From NCBI GenBank assembly GCA_036172245.1, contig JAYWIR010000020.1:682001-746000 (forward strand): a stretch of DNA of 64,000 bases, given 5' to 3'. The DNA is from Raillietiella orientalis (Eukaryota). The position numbers were made by a program, and so were the translations under genes. Below the pieces are notes generated by a model. That model was not told the origin of the DNA. It saw only the letters and a list, made by a program, of their open reading frames with translations, and did not search any database. Below are positions 50,300 through 64,000 of this stretch, in pieces. How positions within the stretch are numbered: the first letter of the stretch is position 1; each line of letters begins with the position of its first letter.

Positions 50300-53200
50300 C
50301 CCCCCTCATCCTGTGGGATTGTCGACTACAACTCCCTTGGGTTTTGTACCGACAATCGACACCAGTTCGCTCAGTTTGGTTCAAGTCAGTTCATTATCTT
50401 CAACTGAGTGCATCCTGGTTCGTTATTCGTCCATCATCCTTCAGCACTGGAGTATACAGAGCAAGAACGTTCCAGCACGAGGGATTTCAGCATTTCTTGA
50501 GCTCGTTCATCGATCAATCTTCAAGTCACCGCATCCCTGTCAGCTAACCCGAACAACATACCAGCAGTAGAGAAGAAGTTCTCTACTGCTGCCCATGTCT
50601 TTTCGTTTCCGGCACGGGGCGTGGGATCATGAGCGAGGCCTACAACATAGGAAGACCTCGTCGGGTGCAGCCATTTCAAGGGAATCCTAAAGCAAACTAC
50701 CTATCTAAACTATACTACCTATACTAAATAACTATCCTAAGAAAACAACGGGAGCGCTTCCATGGTACCTGCAGGCTCAAATAAGCAACACCTTCCTCCA
50801 TCCTCCATCGCGCGCTCAACCTCGGCACCTCTCAGCAGATGGGGAGAGCTCCGAAGGGGCGACCTGTCGCTTCCGATTTTTTCCGATCGAAACAGTTAAT
50901 ACGAGACCAGTTGGTCAGTCTACTGAGACAGAAAGGACGACGCATATAGGTTCGGGACGCACACAAGTTTCAAGTTCGGACTAGGAAGGGTTTGCTCACA
51001 GAAGGAACTATGGCATCTGATGAGCAACCGAATTCCAAGTTCTCACCTCTTGCCGCCACGAAAAGCTGAAGCAGTTAGTTTTTACCTTCCCATCAGACTC
51101 CTCCTCTGTGGACCGGACTTGGTGACCAAAATAAGATATCACCATCCCCCTTAAAGACTCCTTACGACGACTTTCTAAGCGTTCCAGAGTCAAAAGGAGA
51201 GCGGAAGAAGAGAACACATACAGCTGACATCTACGCGGAGAGAAAGAAGGCGCAAATTTTCCTCTTCCTCTAGGTATGGGGACCCAGCGTTCAAAGAGTG
51301 GCCCCTGGTGCATCTGCAGCGAGACTGCACTGGCGAAGGTGTAAGTCTCCTTACACCCGAGTTCCAGAGATTTTTTTACCCTCCTGACGTGAAGAAGGAA
51401 CGGTCAATCTTGAGGATACTCTCCCTCGGTAAAAAAGATTCTCCGTCTCCTCCTCCTCTCTGCTGTGCTTCAACAAACAATTTAATTGCGACCAGGGATG
51501 CTTGCACCCAGACAACTCGCACGAGATGTGGAAACGTCCACCCTTTTGGAGATATGTGGCTTCAGCCAGTCATCGTCAAAAGTCCTCAGGCACCTTTAGA
51601 AGAAAATGGGCTGAAACTGTGGGTTCCTCTTCCATCCTCTGAAGAGACGGCTTTTTCTCAGGATTCTAAAGAGGAAGAACACACTCCCAACCGCTTCTCT
51701 TTTTCTGTTGTGTGGATGGATTCCACTCTCCGGTGTTCCGTTACCTATTTCTAAAGGAGAAATGGTAGTCATGCCTAGAGGAACTGCATTCTGTCCAGGA
51801 CTGCCTGCTTACGCTCACGGAAAAAGGTAGCAACCTCACGACTGCCCTCTGCCCCCTTCTTCATTCCACTTCTCCGTTGTGTCTCATGCCTAGAGATGCC
51901 TCGGTCTCAGGAGGATTTCTCTTTGACCTGGAGTCAAGACAGATTGCGCTTCACCTTCAAACGATGATCTTTAAGTATTCAAAGGTCCTATCATCACATA
52001 AGCACCTGAAGACACAGCCTCGAAATTCGGAGAAGCCTTGAAGAAGCCGAGAGACGGAGAGAATGATGAGTGCAGGCACGAGTTATAGTTTATCACTTGC
52101 CAACGGAAGCCTCCTCGTCTTCGAGATGTGTTCCACTCCTTCCCGAGAAATTTCCTTCGAGAGCAGTAGCATCCGTAGTCTCTGCCTTCTCCGCGAGCCC
52201 CTGCACTGTGGAGGAAAATGAAAGGAGGATGCAACCCACCACGAATACAGAGAAAGCATTTAGTTCAAAATTCTTCCCTGTTGGAGACAGGAAGTGATCG
52301 AACGAAGTCTCCTCTTTACATTCTTCCAAAAAACGTCTCTCGTCCAAATTGTCCATTACCGCGCAGTGAAAGAATAGCACTTTCATGGATCATCTCAATA
52401 TCATTTCTATGCCAATGTTGACAAGCTCCCATCGAACTCCTGGAAATGTTGATTCTTCTTGCTCCCCACAAGGAGCCTCTTAGTACCGTTTTTGCATTCC
52501 GTAGATGTCAGATGTATTCGAGATCTACAAGATCATTGTTTGGGTTTAGTATGACAAAACTGTTCGGCAAGTTTTTGATGTTCTGTAGATCCTAATCCAT
52601 TGCTACCCAGGAAAACTCTAAAACTTTCTTGTGGGAGTTGATCTCTTGCTTCCAAAACGATTGAAGCATCTAAAGAAAGATCACTGCTTTAGTGTATCTT
52701 TGATCCTGAAGATTCTCATTCTAGAAAATATGAACTCTCGTTCTGTAGGCTAGAGTCCATTCGTGTATCCGTATGGACACTTCAGCCTGTCATGGAGGGC
52801 TACTATCCTGATATAAGTGGGTTCCAAAGATAGACGGTGTTGTTACGTCCCATAAGGAGATCATTGGTGTTCCTGGCCTACCCATATCATCAGTCGTATC
52901 ACTTGTAGGTTCAGGTTATCTTGATATTGTCGGAGACACGCTGGCATTTAACTGGCAAGATCCCTATGATGGCAGGTAACTGATTGGAGAACAAGTTCAA
53001 CTAAAGAAAAATGTTAATCAAGCCAATGGGATCCAAGAGCTTTCATACAGGAAAACTTTGGTTCTCTCTATCTGGAGATGACAGGAATAGACTGCTACAA
53101 TGACTGAAGCACTCCTTGCCCCAAACTGTCTGAAAGGCATTCCAGGTCCATCAACGAGTAAGAGAGAAGCCGCCTTTGTGGATTCTGAGGAAGGATATTT
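50300..53200 (+). mobile_element. Highly decayed DIRS-like (tyrosine-recombinase class) retrotransposon; boundaries approximate
   Basis: GC-richer block with ordered, frameshifted plus-strand fragments resembling DIRS pol: VSGG (~51905), LLETG/VIER..SPLYILPK (~52280-52330), SLFGFS (LPFGLS-like, ~52535), IRMDTS../SW.A (TDAS..WGA-like, ~52770), KEIIGV, and VILILSE/TLAFNWQD (VLIRSDN..VAYINRQG-like, ~52915-52960). Confidence 0.5.
50562..50591. repeat. Perfect 13-bp hairpin with GAAG loop
   Basis: cagcagtagagaa-gaag-ttctctactgctg. Confidence 0.9.
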
Positions 53201-56021
53201 ATGTCATGCATTGTGAGTCAGTTTCAGTTCTTCATATTGACATCGAAGCTACGGCATATCATGCTATATTATTATGAAAAAAGCAATTGCAAAATTAGTT
53301 CAAGTTCCAACACAACTGCAGATACAAACAGTGCCCTGTATAACTAATGTGTCGGTGTCATGATGCGACAAAGCATTCAAATAGGAATATCAAGAAAGAA
53401 TTGCCTCATACTGATAATGCCTTGGAAAGAATCTGAAAGCAAGAGTTCTATTTAAAATGCAAGAAGAATAGACTACACCTGTAACAGAGGGATGATTTTT
53501 ATGCTTTCTTATTCTCTAAGGCAAATAAATTCCTTATAACAATTTCTTTTTGTATGGATGTATCAAAAATTTTGCTTCCAAATTCAGTGCATAGATTATT
53601 CAAAAATTAATCAGATATTTTATTCCATATTTTCCATCGAATTTCTTCTTTCATTTGGTTTCTTTGGGAATGTTAAAAACTGGGATAATAGTTGCTGATT
53701 GCACTATTTCTTATCCCTTTCTCTTTGTCCTGATTGAGGTATTTAATGATACATTGCTTCATACATAAAGACTTTATTATTATATGAAATTGTAATTCAC
53801 CCGTTTATTCTATATTTAGAAAAAATTGAGTTCATTCATCTGTTCATTCATGGTTGATCTGGTTGATACTTATTCCGTAAATGGGCCGTTCAGTTGTTTT
53901 GTCCTCGTAAAATTGCAATGAGTGTTGCAAATATTTGTGACTGATGATATGGCATAGTGCTGAAAATTTTGGTCCGATTTTTCAAGATCCATAGATTTGT
54001 TAGAAACTTTGAAAATCATTGTTTCAGTGTCCTCTAAAGTGTCCAGTGAATTGTTTCATGAATCCTCTAAAGACAACTAAAAGCTTCTATTAAAATCTTT
54101 GTTCTCTAAGTTTAAATCGATCCAATCTAAGACTTTTACTCTGGATTTCATTCTTGAATTCCACAGAATAAAACTGTCACCTTTTTACCTTCACAAACGG
54201 TAAGCAATTTAGAGATTATACGAAATAAGAACTACGAACACAAAGCATCCAAAAGTTATTGAGAATTCAAGAAAAATAAAGCCTAGTTTATAGTTGCAAA
54301 CTCATTCACTTTTTATTTTTTGAATTTAAAAAAGAACTAGAAATAAGAAAACAAAAATAGAATCAACTCAAAAGGAAGAAGAACAAATTTGGAATATATT
54401 TCAGGTAAATAAATGAGGAAAATGAATAGAGAAACATATATTTTGTAGTACTAATAAGAAGTTTGAAGACAAAATGTACAGTTATGTCATTTGTATCGAC
54501 CAGTGTCAGCAAAGTAGAAGCGAGAAGGAAGCAAGCTCAAAATAGCGGTAATTTAAAAATTATTATTTTATCCTAATTAAATTATTATTAATACAACGAC
54601 TGATTAAAAGGACTTATAAAACTGGAATCTACATTCATGATTGAAAACCTTCTAAAATGTTTAAGAAAGTAGGTTATTGCCATTTTTTCTTCACAAAACT
54701 CCTTTGCGAATTTTTCCAAACAAATGTCGTTTTTCATGAAGTTTCCGTACTTTTAAAGATTTATCTGCATAAGCACTCAAAATCCAATAGCCATTATTCT
54801 AGGACGAACACTAAATAATTCCTACTTCCCTTAGTCATTTATTTAAAGTTTTTTTATTTGAAAAAACAAAAACTATTCTCATTTAGATATTTGCTTTTCA
54901 TTAAACAAAGGATTGAAACAAAATCCTGACAATTATTTCTGTTAAAACGCAGCTTTAACCCGAAAAACAAATGTTCTAGGCAGCGAGAAAGCACTAATAT
55001 ACGAGCACCCTTCAGTAAAAGAATGAGTCGTCAAAGAATAGATCCCAGTTGAAGAAATGGCAAAGCTTTCTCATTTAGGTGTAAACATAAATGCATTCTA
55101 TGGTGTCTATCACATTTTCGGGTAAACGTGTGATAGAATCGAACACAATTATTTCATTTTGCTTATTATTTAAGGGAATACACCCATGACTGTTTTCTTT
55201 GTGCGTATGTATGTGTACATCCACCTACAAGAAATTAACTGCCTCTTCATTAAATCCCTGTTAAAGTTGATTTAGGGAGATACTTCTCTACACCATCTCA
55301 TGTTACATGCAGATTTACGAACTGAAAAGCTGAGAATTTCATCATTTCTCGTTGGTGCCTTTCCATCATTTTTACTCATTTATACGTTAAGTATATTTTC
55401 TCGAGTAAGGTTCACTCCCCTCAAATTTTTCTGCTAATCTTTTTCATGTTTATACTCATCCAAAGAAAGAGCGGAAGTAACTTTTTCCTGTGAAACACTG
55501 ATATTTCTCGTGCTTCTTCAAGTTACTATTATCTTAAGTTCCATTTCTTGGCAGTTTTGTTGTGATGTGAGGACATACAGTTATGCTCGTAAATAACAAA
55601 TAATCATTACAGCAAGTGGACTAAACTTTATATTAAATAATTTAGAGATTTGAGAAGGATGAAAATATCTTAAAATGCTGGAGTGTCTTACAATCTCGTA
55701 TCAGTATAATCTCTTATAAGACCGCTTCGTGTTCTAGCATTCTTAATGTCAATCTCGACTGCCTTTTTGAAACAACAGATCAGAGACATTTACATCTACA
55801 ATTTACATTTGCAATTACATTTAATTACCTCACACTAGCGCTATAAATTGTATGATTAAGAGTATCCTAAGTATTTTGTATTGCTAGAAATTTCAAATTG
55901 GCTTTGGGGACTGGTAACTGGGATGCTAGGAAGATTAAACGTGTGGTGGTATGCTACATTAATGTCATGACAAAACAACGTTTTTTTTTCATTAAAATTA
56001 TTTTTAGCTGAGTGAAACAGT

Positions 56022-56965
56022 ATGTGCATTTATGCATATTTGTTAAGTTTTTTATTGTCCGCAGTCATGGGCTCAGATCATGAACTGACATTTTTCCTTT
56101 CGCCCCGTAAATCTGATTGCTTCTATCAATTTGCAAGTAGCAATCAAACTTTTGATGTAGATTACCAGGTAATCAGTGGAAAGAGTGCATGTATTTTAAT
56201 GTTTTAATAGGTGATCGATGGAGGACAAGGAGATATGAATGTAAATTTTAAATTGGAAACACCATCTGGAAAACTACTTGTGGATGATGTGAGAAAAAAC
56301 GAGAACTCCCATAGGTTTTAGCATATTGCATTATTCTGTGTGACTACTCATGTTGTGCACGTTTACATGCATAAGTTCTGTATATTTTGCATGTATTGAA
56401 GAAATTCCCAATATTATGACTGTTACATATTGTGCAATTTTATAGGATACCACTTTTTGAGAATGGTGATTATAAATTCTGTTTTGACAATACGTTCAGC
56501 TATGTGAATGAAAAAGTCGTATATTTTGAGGTCGTAGTTCAAAAAGATGATGAAAATGAGTGGGAAGATGTTAAATATGAAGGAATGCCTGCTGATTCTA
56601 GTGGACTCCAAGTTCAGGATATAATTGTAATCATTTGATAAGTTAGATAAGTTAGAAATAGCTGCTAGTGTATTTATACAAATTCAGGACCTCCTTCATA
56701 AAGTGCGAAGTGATATAAACCAAATACAAGGAGTGCAACAAGATTTTCGTTTACATGAGGCACGTGACCGAAACATTGGGGAAAGTAACTTTACTATGGT
56801 AAATACGTGGTCGTCAGTTCAAGGAGTTATAATGCTTATTGTTGGGATTATTCAGGTAAACCGCAAATTGAATTTCAGTACTTATAACTGTTGTAGGTAA
56901 TTATGGTGCGTAGTCTGTTTGATGATCGCTCTCGTGTGCACAAAATATGGAAATCTCGAAATTAA
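56022..56965 (+). CDS. p24 gamma-subfamily protein (TMED1/TMED5-like, GOLD domain)
   Basis: Exons 56022-56168, 56211-56314, 56446-56626, 56688-56855, 56897-56965 (TAA). Signal peptide, DCFYQ, DYQVIDGG, GDYKFCFDNTFS..KVVYFE, HEARDRNIGESNF..VNTWS, a transmembrane helix, and VRSLF. Confidence 0.93.
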
Positions 56966-57106
56966 AAATAAGGCCCCTAGTCATGAAATTAATGCAACAT
57001 TAAGTAAAATGTTTATTGATTTCAGAGTATGCAATTTGGGTTGTATGTTTTAATTCATCTGTGAAATACATTGCCAAAGTAAAGAATACCAATCATAAGA
57101 GAGAAA

Positions 57107-60100
57107 TCAATCACTTTCTGCTTTTAGAGATAGTTGATGTGTTTTTTTTATGTATAGATAAATGATTAAAGCTATATCTTTATGTCCTGCTTCTGTGGCT
57201 ATATCAAGTGCTGAGTTTCCTTCAGCATCCACAAGTGATAAGTTACAATTAGGGTGTTGTAATAGGTATTTGACAACATCAAGGTGTCCATGCTCAACAG
57301 CACACATCAGGGCGGTAGATCCATCATCATCTTGCATATTAATATCAGCCCCTGCTAGAAGAAGCATCCGCACAGCTGTAAGACGTCCATTGCTTGCTGC
57401 TAACATTAAGGCAGTTTGACCATGCTATTAACACAAATCAAAACGAAAAAAATAAAATACAAAGACAGTTTTTACTTGTTTGGCTTTTAGGTTGACCTCA
57501 GAAGCTTGAAAAAGGCGATATGCAACTTGATACTGCAGTGATGAACGAATATCTGCAAGTGCTTGCAACATGAAACATGTATAGCCAGCAGCATTCACTT
57601 GATTGATGTTGCTTTGTGTATAATCCAATAACATATTAACAATCTCAGGCTTCCCATGTGAAACAGCATAATGCAATGCAGAATTATGCTATTCAACAAA
57701 CTATAAAGTTTAGTATTTATAACATATTTCCTACATTGGCATCACTCAGTGTGATGACTTTCATCAACAACTGTTCTGAGATACTCCTAACTGAATCCAA
57801 AAACTGCTGTAACGGGACAATGCTGGCACTTTTGGTACTTGACAACTGGAAATTTTATTTTCAAATAGAAAGCAATTATTTTACCAACTTTAAACCACTC
57901 TTGCTGTACAAAGTGCACAGCAGCAGCATAATCTTCTTCAGGAACAGGTTCGGATAATGCTCGATTCATTAAGTTGAATGAGATTTTTATCTTAGCATTG
58001 GGTATGTATCTAAAAATCACATATTTTTACATCTTCATAGAAATGTGGCTTAAGCGCTGTTCACTATGAAAGTTCTCATTCCAATTGATGCAGTGAAGCA
58101 AATGTCATCTGTATATTTTGCTTTTCGTATATACTTAATACTTGTCTGCATAATTGGGTGAACATTAGAAATAAAGTTGCTAACCTTGAATGAACTTTGT
58201 GAGTGTGCCTTTTAAAATTGGCATTTTTAGTGAATTCAGTTTCAGAAGTCTGGAAAACTGCCTTGGTACTATTAACTCTGAAGCACAATCTTTTTTTAAA
58301 GAGCTTTTACAGTTAGCAAATGAAAGACTTACCTATTTAAGTTGCTAGATTTATGATTAAACAAATGTGTTGATCTTGGGATTTTCGATTGTCCTGAATG
58401 TGTATAACTATGAACTGGTTGCACAAAGTGTTGTGCTACACACTGAATTTCAGCATTGCATTTATCACATACAAGAATTCGATTATTGTTACTTTCTGAA
58501 TCAAAAGTAATGTTCACTTTATTTGTATATTCACACGTATTCTCTGTTACGGCCAAGTCACTTATATCAGTGCTAGCATCAGTGAATATTTGTGGGTCAG
58601 TCTCTGAATATGTGCAAATAGAGGCTTTAGGGTATGACAGTGATGTCATGAATTCATTTTCTACAGCGCATGAATCCCAATCAATACCTTGCTCCATACT
58701 GGAGATCGTCATTGTTGCTACATTACAGCTGGATGGCACACAATGGGTACTGGAGTTTGTTTGGTTACACACTTTTGAAAATTGACCAATTTCAGGTAAG
58801 TTGGCTTCACATTGAACTTGTATTGTTTCTGGGCACACTGATATCCCAATGTTCCTTGTACTGTATAATTTGTTAGCAAATTCTGTACCACATTGCACAT
58901 CTCTAATCTGTGGACTAATCAAGGTGCCTGAGTTTCTGCTCTGCACATGAGCATTAACTCCAATTGTTCGCTTTTGGAAATTTATACCCCTGTCAGTCTG
59001 AACTCCTTTACTAAACTTTAGAATCTTGGAAGTACTGCAATTCATCAGTGCTTCGTTGTTGGATAAGGAAGCATATGGTGAATCATGCATAACAAACAGA
59101 TCAGTTTGGCAGGAGCAATTTTGCACCATTGATCTGTCAATAGATTCAACATTAAAAACATGCGTCAGTTTCTCTGAGTTCAAGTGTTCAAGTGAAGAAG
59201 CACTGTCATCAGTGGCTGTTTCCTTATCTTGTTTTACAACAGCACACAACACACTCACGTCATGCATTTCTTGCTTGATCTAACAAAGAAACTAGTCACC
59301 AAAATTTTTTTTTGGGGGGGAATATACTTGTTCAAAAACATCTGTTTGAGATGCAGTTGAAGCACAATTTTCATGCAAGCTACGCTGCTGTTCTTCTGAT
59401 GAATAATGGACCTGGACCTAAATAACTTATGTGCTTGTTGTGTAATTTCATTACCTTAAGCAAAGGTAAAATCTCTAATTCAGGTTCATGCTGACATACA
59501 TGATCATCATGGACAGCATGCTGATTATCCTTGGTCTTATTGAAGAAAATGTCTTAAAAACTTAGACATTTACATACCTCAGATTGCACAGCAGAGATTT
59601 CCCCGGCATGTGTTTCATAATCATTATTGTTAATCTCTGATCTGTAATGTTGCAAATCAGCTGTGCACGCATCCCTGCTAACTATGATTAAGGAAACTAA
59701 TTCAAACATAAATAATACATAACATACATGAAAAAGAAAAATCTTTATTCCAAATATCAGTACTTGCTGGCTGATACTTTGTAGTATGGCATTTATTCTT
59801 AAATGGCTTCTCAAAAGACTTACAAAGCACTTTTTCAAAATCATGCACAACCTTATTTAAACAATCCTCAGTAAACTTAGCATTAGGTTTCATTTCAGAA
59901 ATCTGTCTGTCCAAGTGAAATGAATTTGATTTGGATTTCTAAAAAAAATAAATATAATGAGAAAACATTTTTTCTATTCTGTGAATATTTAACTGGAACT
60001 AAGTGAAGTGCAAAACTGTAAATTGGCACAATAGCGAGGTTGTTTATAGCATTTTACTAAGTAACATGTACATGTTTAAAGTTTCATATGCATATATAAA

Positions 60101-60975
60101 AAGTATCCAAACTATTTCACATCTTTTCTTAAAAAAAATCATGATACTTTATCAGTTCTATTTTATAACATACCAATAGACTACGTACAGTGAAGCGAAA
60201 ATATTTCAGCATTCTGAACAATTTATGGGTTTGTTTACTGAAAGAAACAACTAAAAAAAACAAATAAGAGCAGAGCACATGCAACACGTAAAATTCATTT
60301 CATTAACTTCAAGCTGATGCACAGAATGGGGAATCCCAGTTCTAACAAGACCTTCAAAGGTCAAAAATCAAAAAAATAATACAATGAATAAAAATTAATA
60401 ACATAATGTATCAATCTTGCATGGGAGCATATACAAAATATCCCAAACTTTCCTGATTTATTTGGACCATTCTTTGCATTATCTTTACAAAAACAAAAAA
60501 ACATTATGAGGAGAAAAACAGTTGCACAATTGAACTTGAAAATATTTGGTAATATTCATTCAGAAAAAGCCTTCACACAGAAGTTGCAGATCAGAACTGA
60601 AGCAGAAGCTTAAAACCTCTTCACACTACTACATTCTCAATGGGTACAGTGAACATTCCAAATTAATCATGCAACAATCATATCTTAGCATTGGGGTTTT
60701 GATATTGAAAAAACTGTACTTTCTATGACTAACCTGGGTCAATGGGGGAACATCTGAACTTTGAAGTTGCTCTTCTTTGGGCAGTCCTAATAACAAATCC
60801 ATTGAATATGGAAAACCAATGTTCCTGTTTGATATTTCTTTTTTATTTTCACTTTCCTTTTTGATTGCCTCACACATTCTCAGGAAATCAAGGTCTATAT
60901 GATAACCATATGGACAAGGTATACACAAATCTTTCATTTCCTTCATCTCGAACTTGTATCTAAAGCCCACATAAT
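57107..60975 (-). CDS. KANK: KN motif and ankyrin repeat domain protein (KANK); 5' end uncertain
   Basis: KN motif [15 protein letters not shown] in exon 60734-60975. Several small exons at ~59330-59940, a large exon at 58333-59279, then 57889-58009 (QQEWFK), 57735-57845, 57476-57688 ([15 protein letters not shown]) and 57107-57424 ([31 protein letters not shown]). Confidence 0.93.
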
Positions 60976-63900
60976 CTGGAAATACATCAAATTATTCACA
61001 CGGCTCAGTTTTTAATGCAGTTTCCTCTGATCTGAAATAATGATCAATTGTGGTGTGTCACAGTATTCTGTGAAATACCATCCTTGTTTTAAGAAAAATA
61101 TGGAACTTATATGAAAACAAAAACAACACAAGAAGTCCCATCCGTATTTGAAGATGAAGGCAATGCAATGTTTCCGTGATATTTTGATTTGGAATTTCAA
61201 CCCAAATTTGCAAACAATGAGACCCTAAACCTAATAAGCTGAATGAAATTTATGGTCTTTAAACACAAAGCTCACAAGTCAACAGGAGGCAAAAAATAAT
61301 CTGGCACTTCTGAAACATTGACTGCGCAGCAAAAAAGATTGCAGTGGTGGAAGTGCATCTTTCCTTTTCACACGACAGATGTACACACACAATATAACTC
61401 TACAATCATCTGACAATGAAGTGTGCAACGAAAACCAAAACCCCCCCAACTCAGAATACCAGCACAACTAGCAAATCTGTACACAAACTTGAGTTGCCTC
61501 AGCATGGTACAGCATATACTCGATGGAAGGAAAATTAGAAGGTAAACGACTGACAATGAACAAAGAAAACGGTTGTCTTTGGTTGTGTAAATACAACAGA
61601 GATGAGAGATCGAGAAAATGAGCATTTAAAACCTAAAACTTCAGCAAAGCTTAAAACTTGAGCTTCGTTCAGATCTCACCAACACGTGAAGAATCGTTTC
61701 CGTTTGCCATAGGATAAGGAATTTCAATGAAAATAATTGAAAGGGTGGCCATTACTTTGCATCTCCCAATTTGGAACAAATTTTCATTGATTTTTGGCAT
61801 ATGGAAGAGACAGTAGTCATGGTTTGTGTACAAGTCATGGTTCATATTCGCCAAAACAGACAAGTACCCACAAGAATAATGAGTAGCAGTGTCCATAGAC
61901 GAATTACTATTCATCTACTAAAGCTAATCCATGTGTCTATAACTATATGTCTATGTCTATAACTTAGAGGATTCATTCTCATTATTATTACTGATTCCTT
62001 GAAAGCATTTCCCATGCTTTTTTCGATTGTAAAATGGGCAATATGGCATGCAAACAGCATTGTGCTCTCAGATGATTTTAAAACTAAATATTCAAAGACC
62101 TAGAGAAATGAAGATAACCTTTTACCAAGGAATTTTTTGCTTTTTTTGTGGTCCTGAAAACATCAATTCTCTGGGGTTAGTACGATCTGTGCTTTCATTT
62201 TTACTAGTTTAGCTTTTATTATTGTCAAGCACTACGCTTGCAAAGTCATTTCATTTAATATTTACTAAAGGTCTGTTTCAAGCATGTGGTTGCCTAAGTG
62301 TTCTGACAAGTTAACCAGAAACATATTGAAATAGAAAACAGTAAGAAGCATTGTAAAATGATAGTAAAGAACGCTTATTTGAATTGATAGGCAGCTATAT
62401 TCCTTCCCTCGTATTTAGCATTTAGCATCCAGTTACTCAACATTTACAAAGATTGTCATAAGCTTATACTGTATAGTCAGGCAGGAAGAGCATATAAAAG
62501 ATCCATAGTACCAGACCAGTGTTCCTATGTAATTATTACTTGTCAACTGATTCAAAGACTTCGTTGCTTCCGAATCACCACTGCATGCCATTTCATGCAT
62601 TTGAATCTCAAGTTTTATTAGTGAAGTTTAATTCGTATCTATAACAGCTTTTCCCGAATGTACATACACATAAATTTATGGAGATTTTTTTTAAATAAAG
62701 GTGTTTGTTCTGATGACTCATAAATTATTCTATCATTTAACATAAGAAAAATGCAAAGGTTATTTGGCAATAAAGATGGCACTTTCATAGTGCGTTTGCA
62801 AGGTTTCACGGAAGGTCTCAGTGCCCAAATGTCTAATATCTCAAGGTTTGGGTTCCATTTCTGTTCCGATTGGTAAGATATCTATGCTGAAAGGTTCTCC
62901 AAAATGTAGGAATGCAGCCTCATTCGACATAGTTTCATACTGAAAGAGATGTTTATATAGTGCAGACCACTAAATCGAAAACCAATAAAATTAACGTTCC
63001 TATAATTTTTTGATGATTTGCGATGAGAGGATTAATTTTAAGTACTGCTTCACAGTGATATGTACTGCACACTATCAAATGTCGAGTAGAAAGCAACAGG
63101 TCTTCACTTTCTCGGTTATGCGAAAGTTAGAAAAAAGAAAAAACAAAAAAAATTATGTAAGCGAAACCTTCCATTCCTGAATTACATTTACAGAAAGAAA
63201 AATGCAGTTTCTTCGCGATGTTATTCTATAAGAGCTCAAGTTCAAAATGCTAGGAAAGATAATTCTGGAAGGCCTGTGAGATGATGGTATCTTGCTTAGA
63301 AGTGTATGTACACAGGTTAAAGTACGAACACTGCTTGCAGGAATAATGGTGCATCAGTATTGCGATTGCGCAGCGCTAATGAGGGACTTTGCTGCGCTGT
63401 TCACCCGTGCGGCCACCTCCTTCCAAGGGCTGCAGCGGCTGAATTTTTTTTTTTTTTTTTTTGCCTCAGGTCATTAACGAAAGACCTTATGCAGTTCTGC
63501 AAACAAGCCTTATCTACCTTCAGCTATGCAATTGAACGACTGACATCGATGACGCATTCGAAACGCAACTGACGTGGCGTGGAAACAACGAACACTTAGA
63601 GGTTACTTTAAGGAGTTTACCGGTGTTACATAAATTGCAGAAGAATGTTGTTATTACCTGATTCGATATATTAAATAATGGACACTGACTCTAGTCATAA
63701 GCCTTTGTTCAAATTCAGCATTTCTTTTTGAACATGTCGATGCTTCCTTTTGTGTTGCGTACAGCTAATAGTGTAAAAACACATGCTTTAAAGATTTCCT
63801 CGATAGCTAACAGAGAAAAATAAAGACCAGCCAGGAAGAAGAGTTAATGAAATTGATGTGAAAAATTCTTGGGACGCTTCTCAAAAAGTTGCAATGAATT

Positions 63901-64000
63901 TCAAAAAATTTTGGTCTGAAGTTTGCTGAAAGTCCTCAGTTGTCCTTAAGGATACTTTGGTCGCCTCTGAATTATCTTTGTTAAACAAGATTTTCGACAC

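Overview
AT-rich, intron-containing eukaryotic DNA. It is probably an arthropod, inferred from the Parkin N-terminal extension, the RPL39 sequence and grappa-like DOT1L motifs. I reconstructed eight protein-coding genes by hand using GT-AG introns. In order: the 3' part of Dopey/DOP1 (+), Parkin (+, starting 133 nt after the Dopey stop), RPL39 (-), a pancreatic-lipase-family gene (+, first exon not found), EXOSC3/RRP40 (+), DOT1L (-), a p24-gamma TMED gene (+) and KANK (-, 5' end uncertain). Intron sizes are bimodal: many are 39-50 nt and a few are 1-7 kb. Mobile DNA includes a well-delimited 529-bp hAT (Buster/Charlie-type) MITE with an 8-bp target-site duplication, decayed hAT transposase remnants, a decayed DIRS-like retroelement and a possible LINE RT remnant. 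The most interesting observations are the operon-like Dopey-Parkin spacing, substitutions at Parkin's autoinhibitory Trp and phospho-ubiquitin pocket, a stop-free in-frame 42-nt intron in DOT1L, a CpG mosaic suggesting gene-body methylation, and several long hairpins. I found no clearly supported novel multi-gene system. All family assignments are from motif recall, not database searches.
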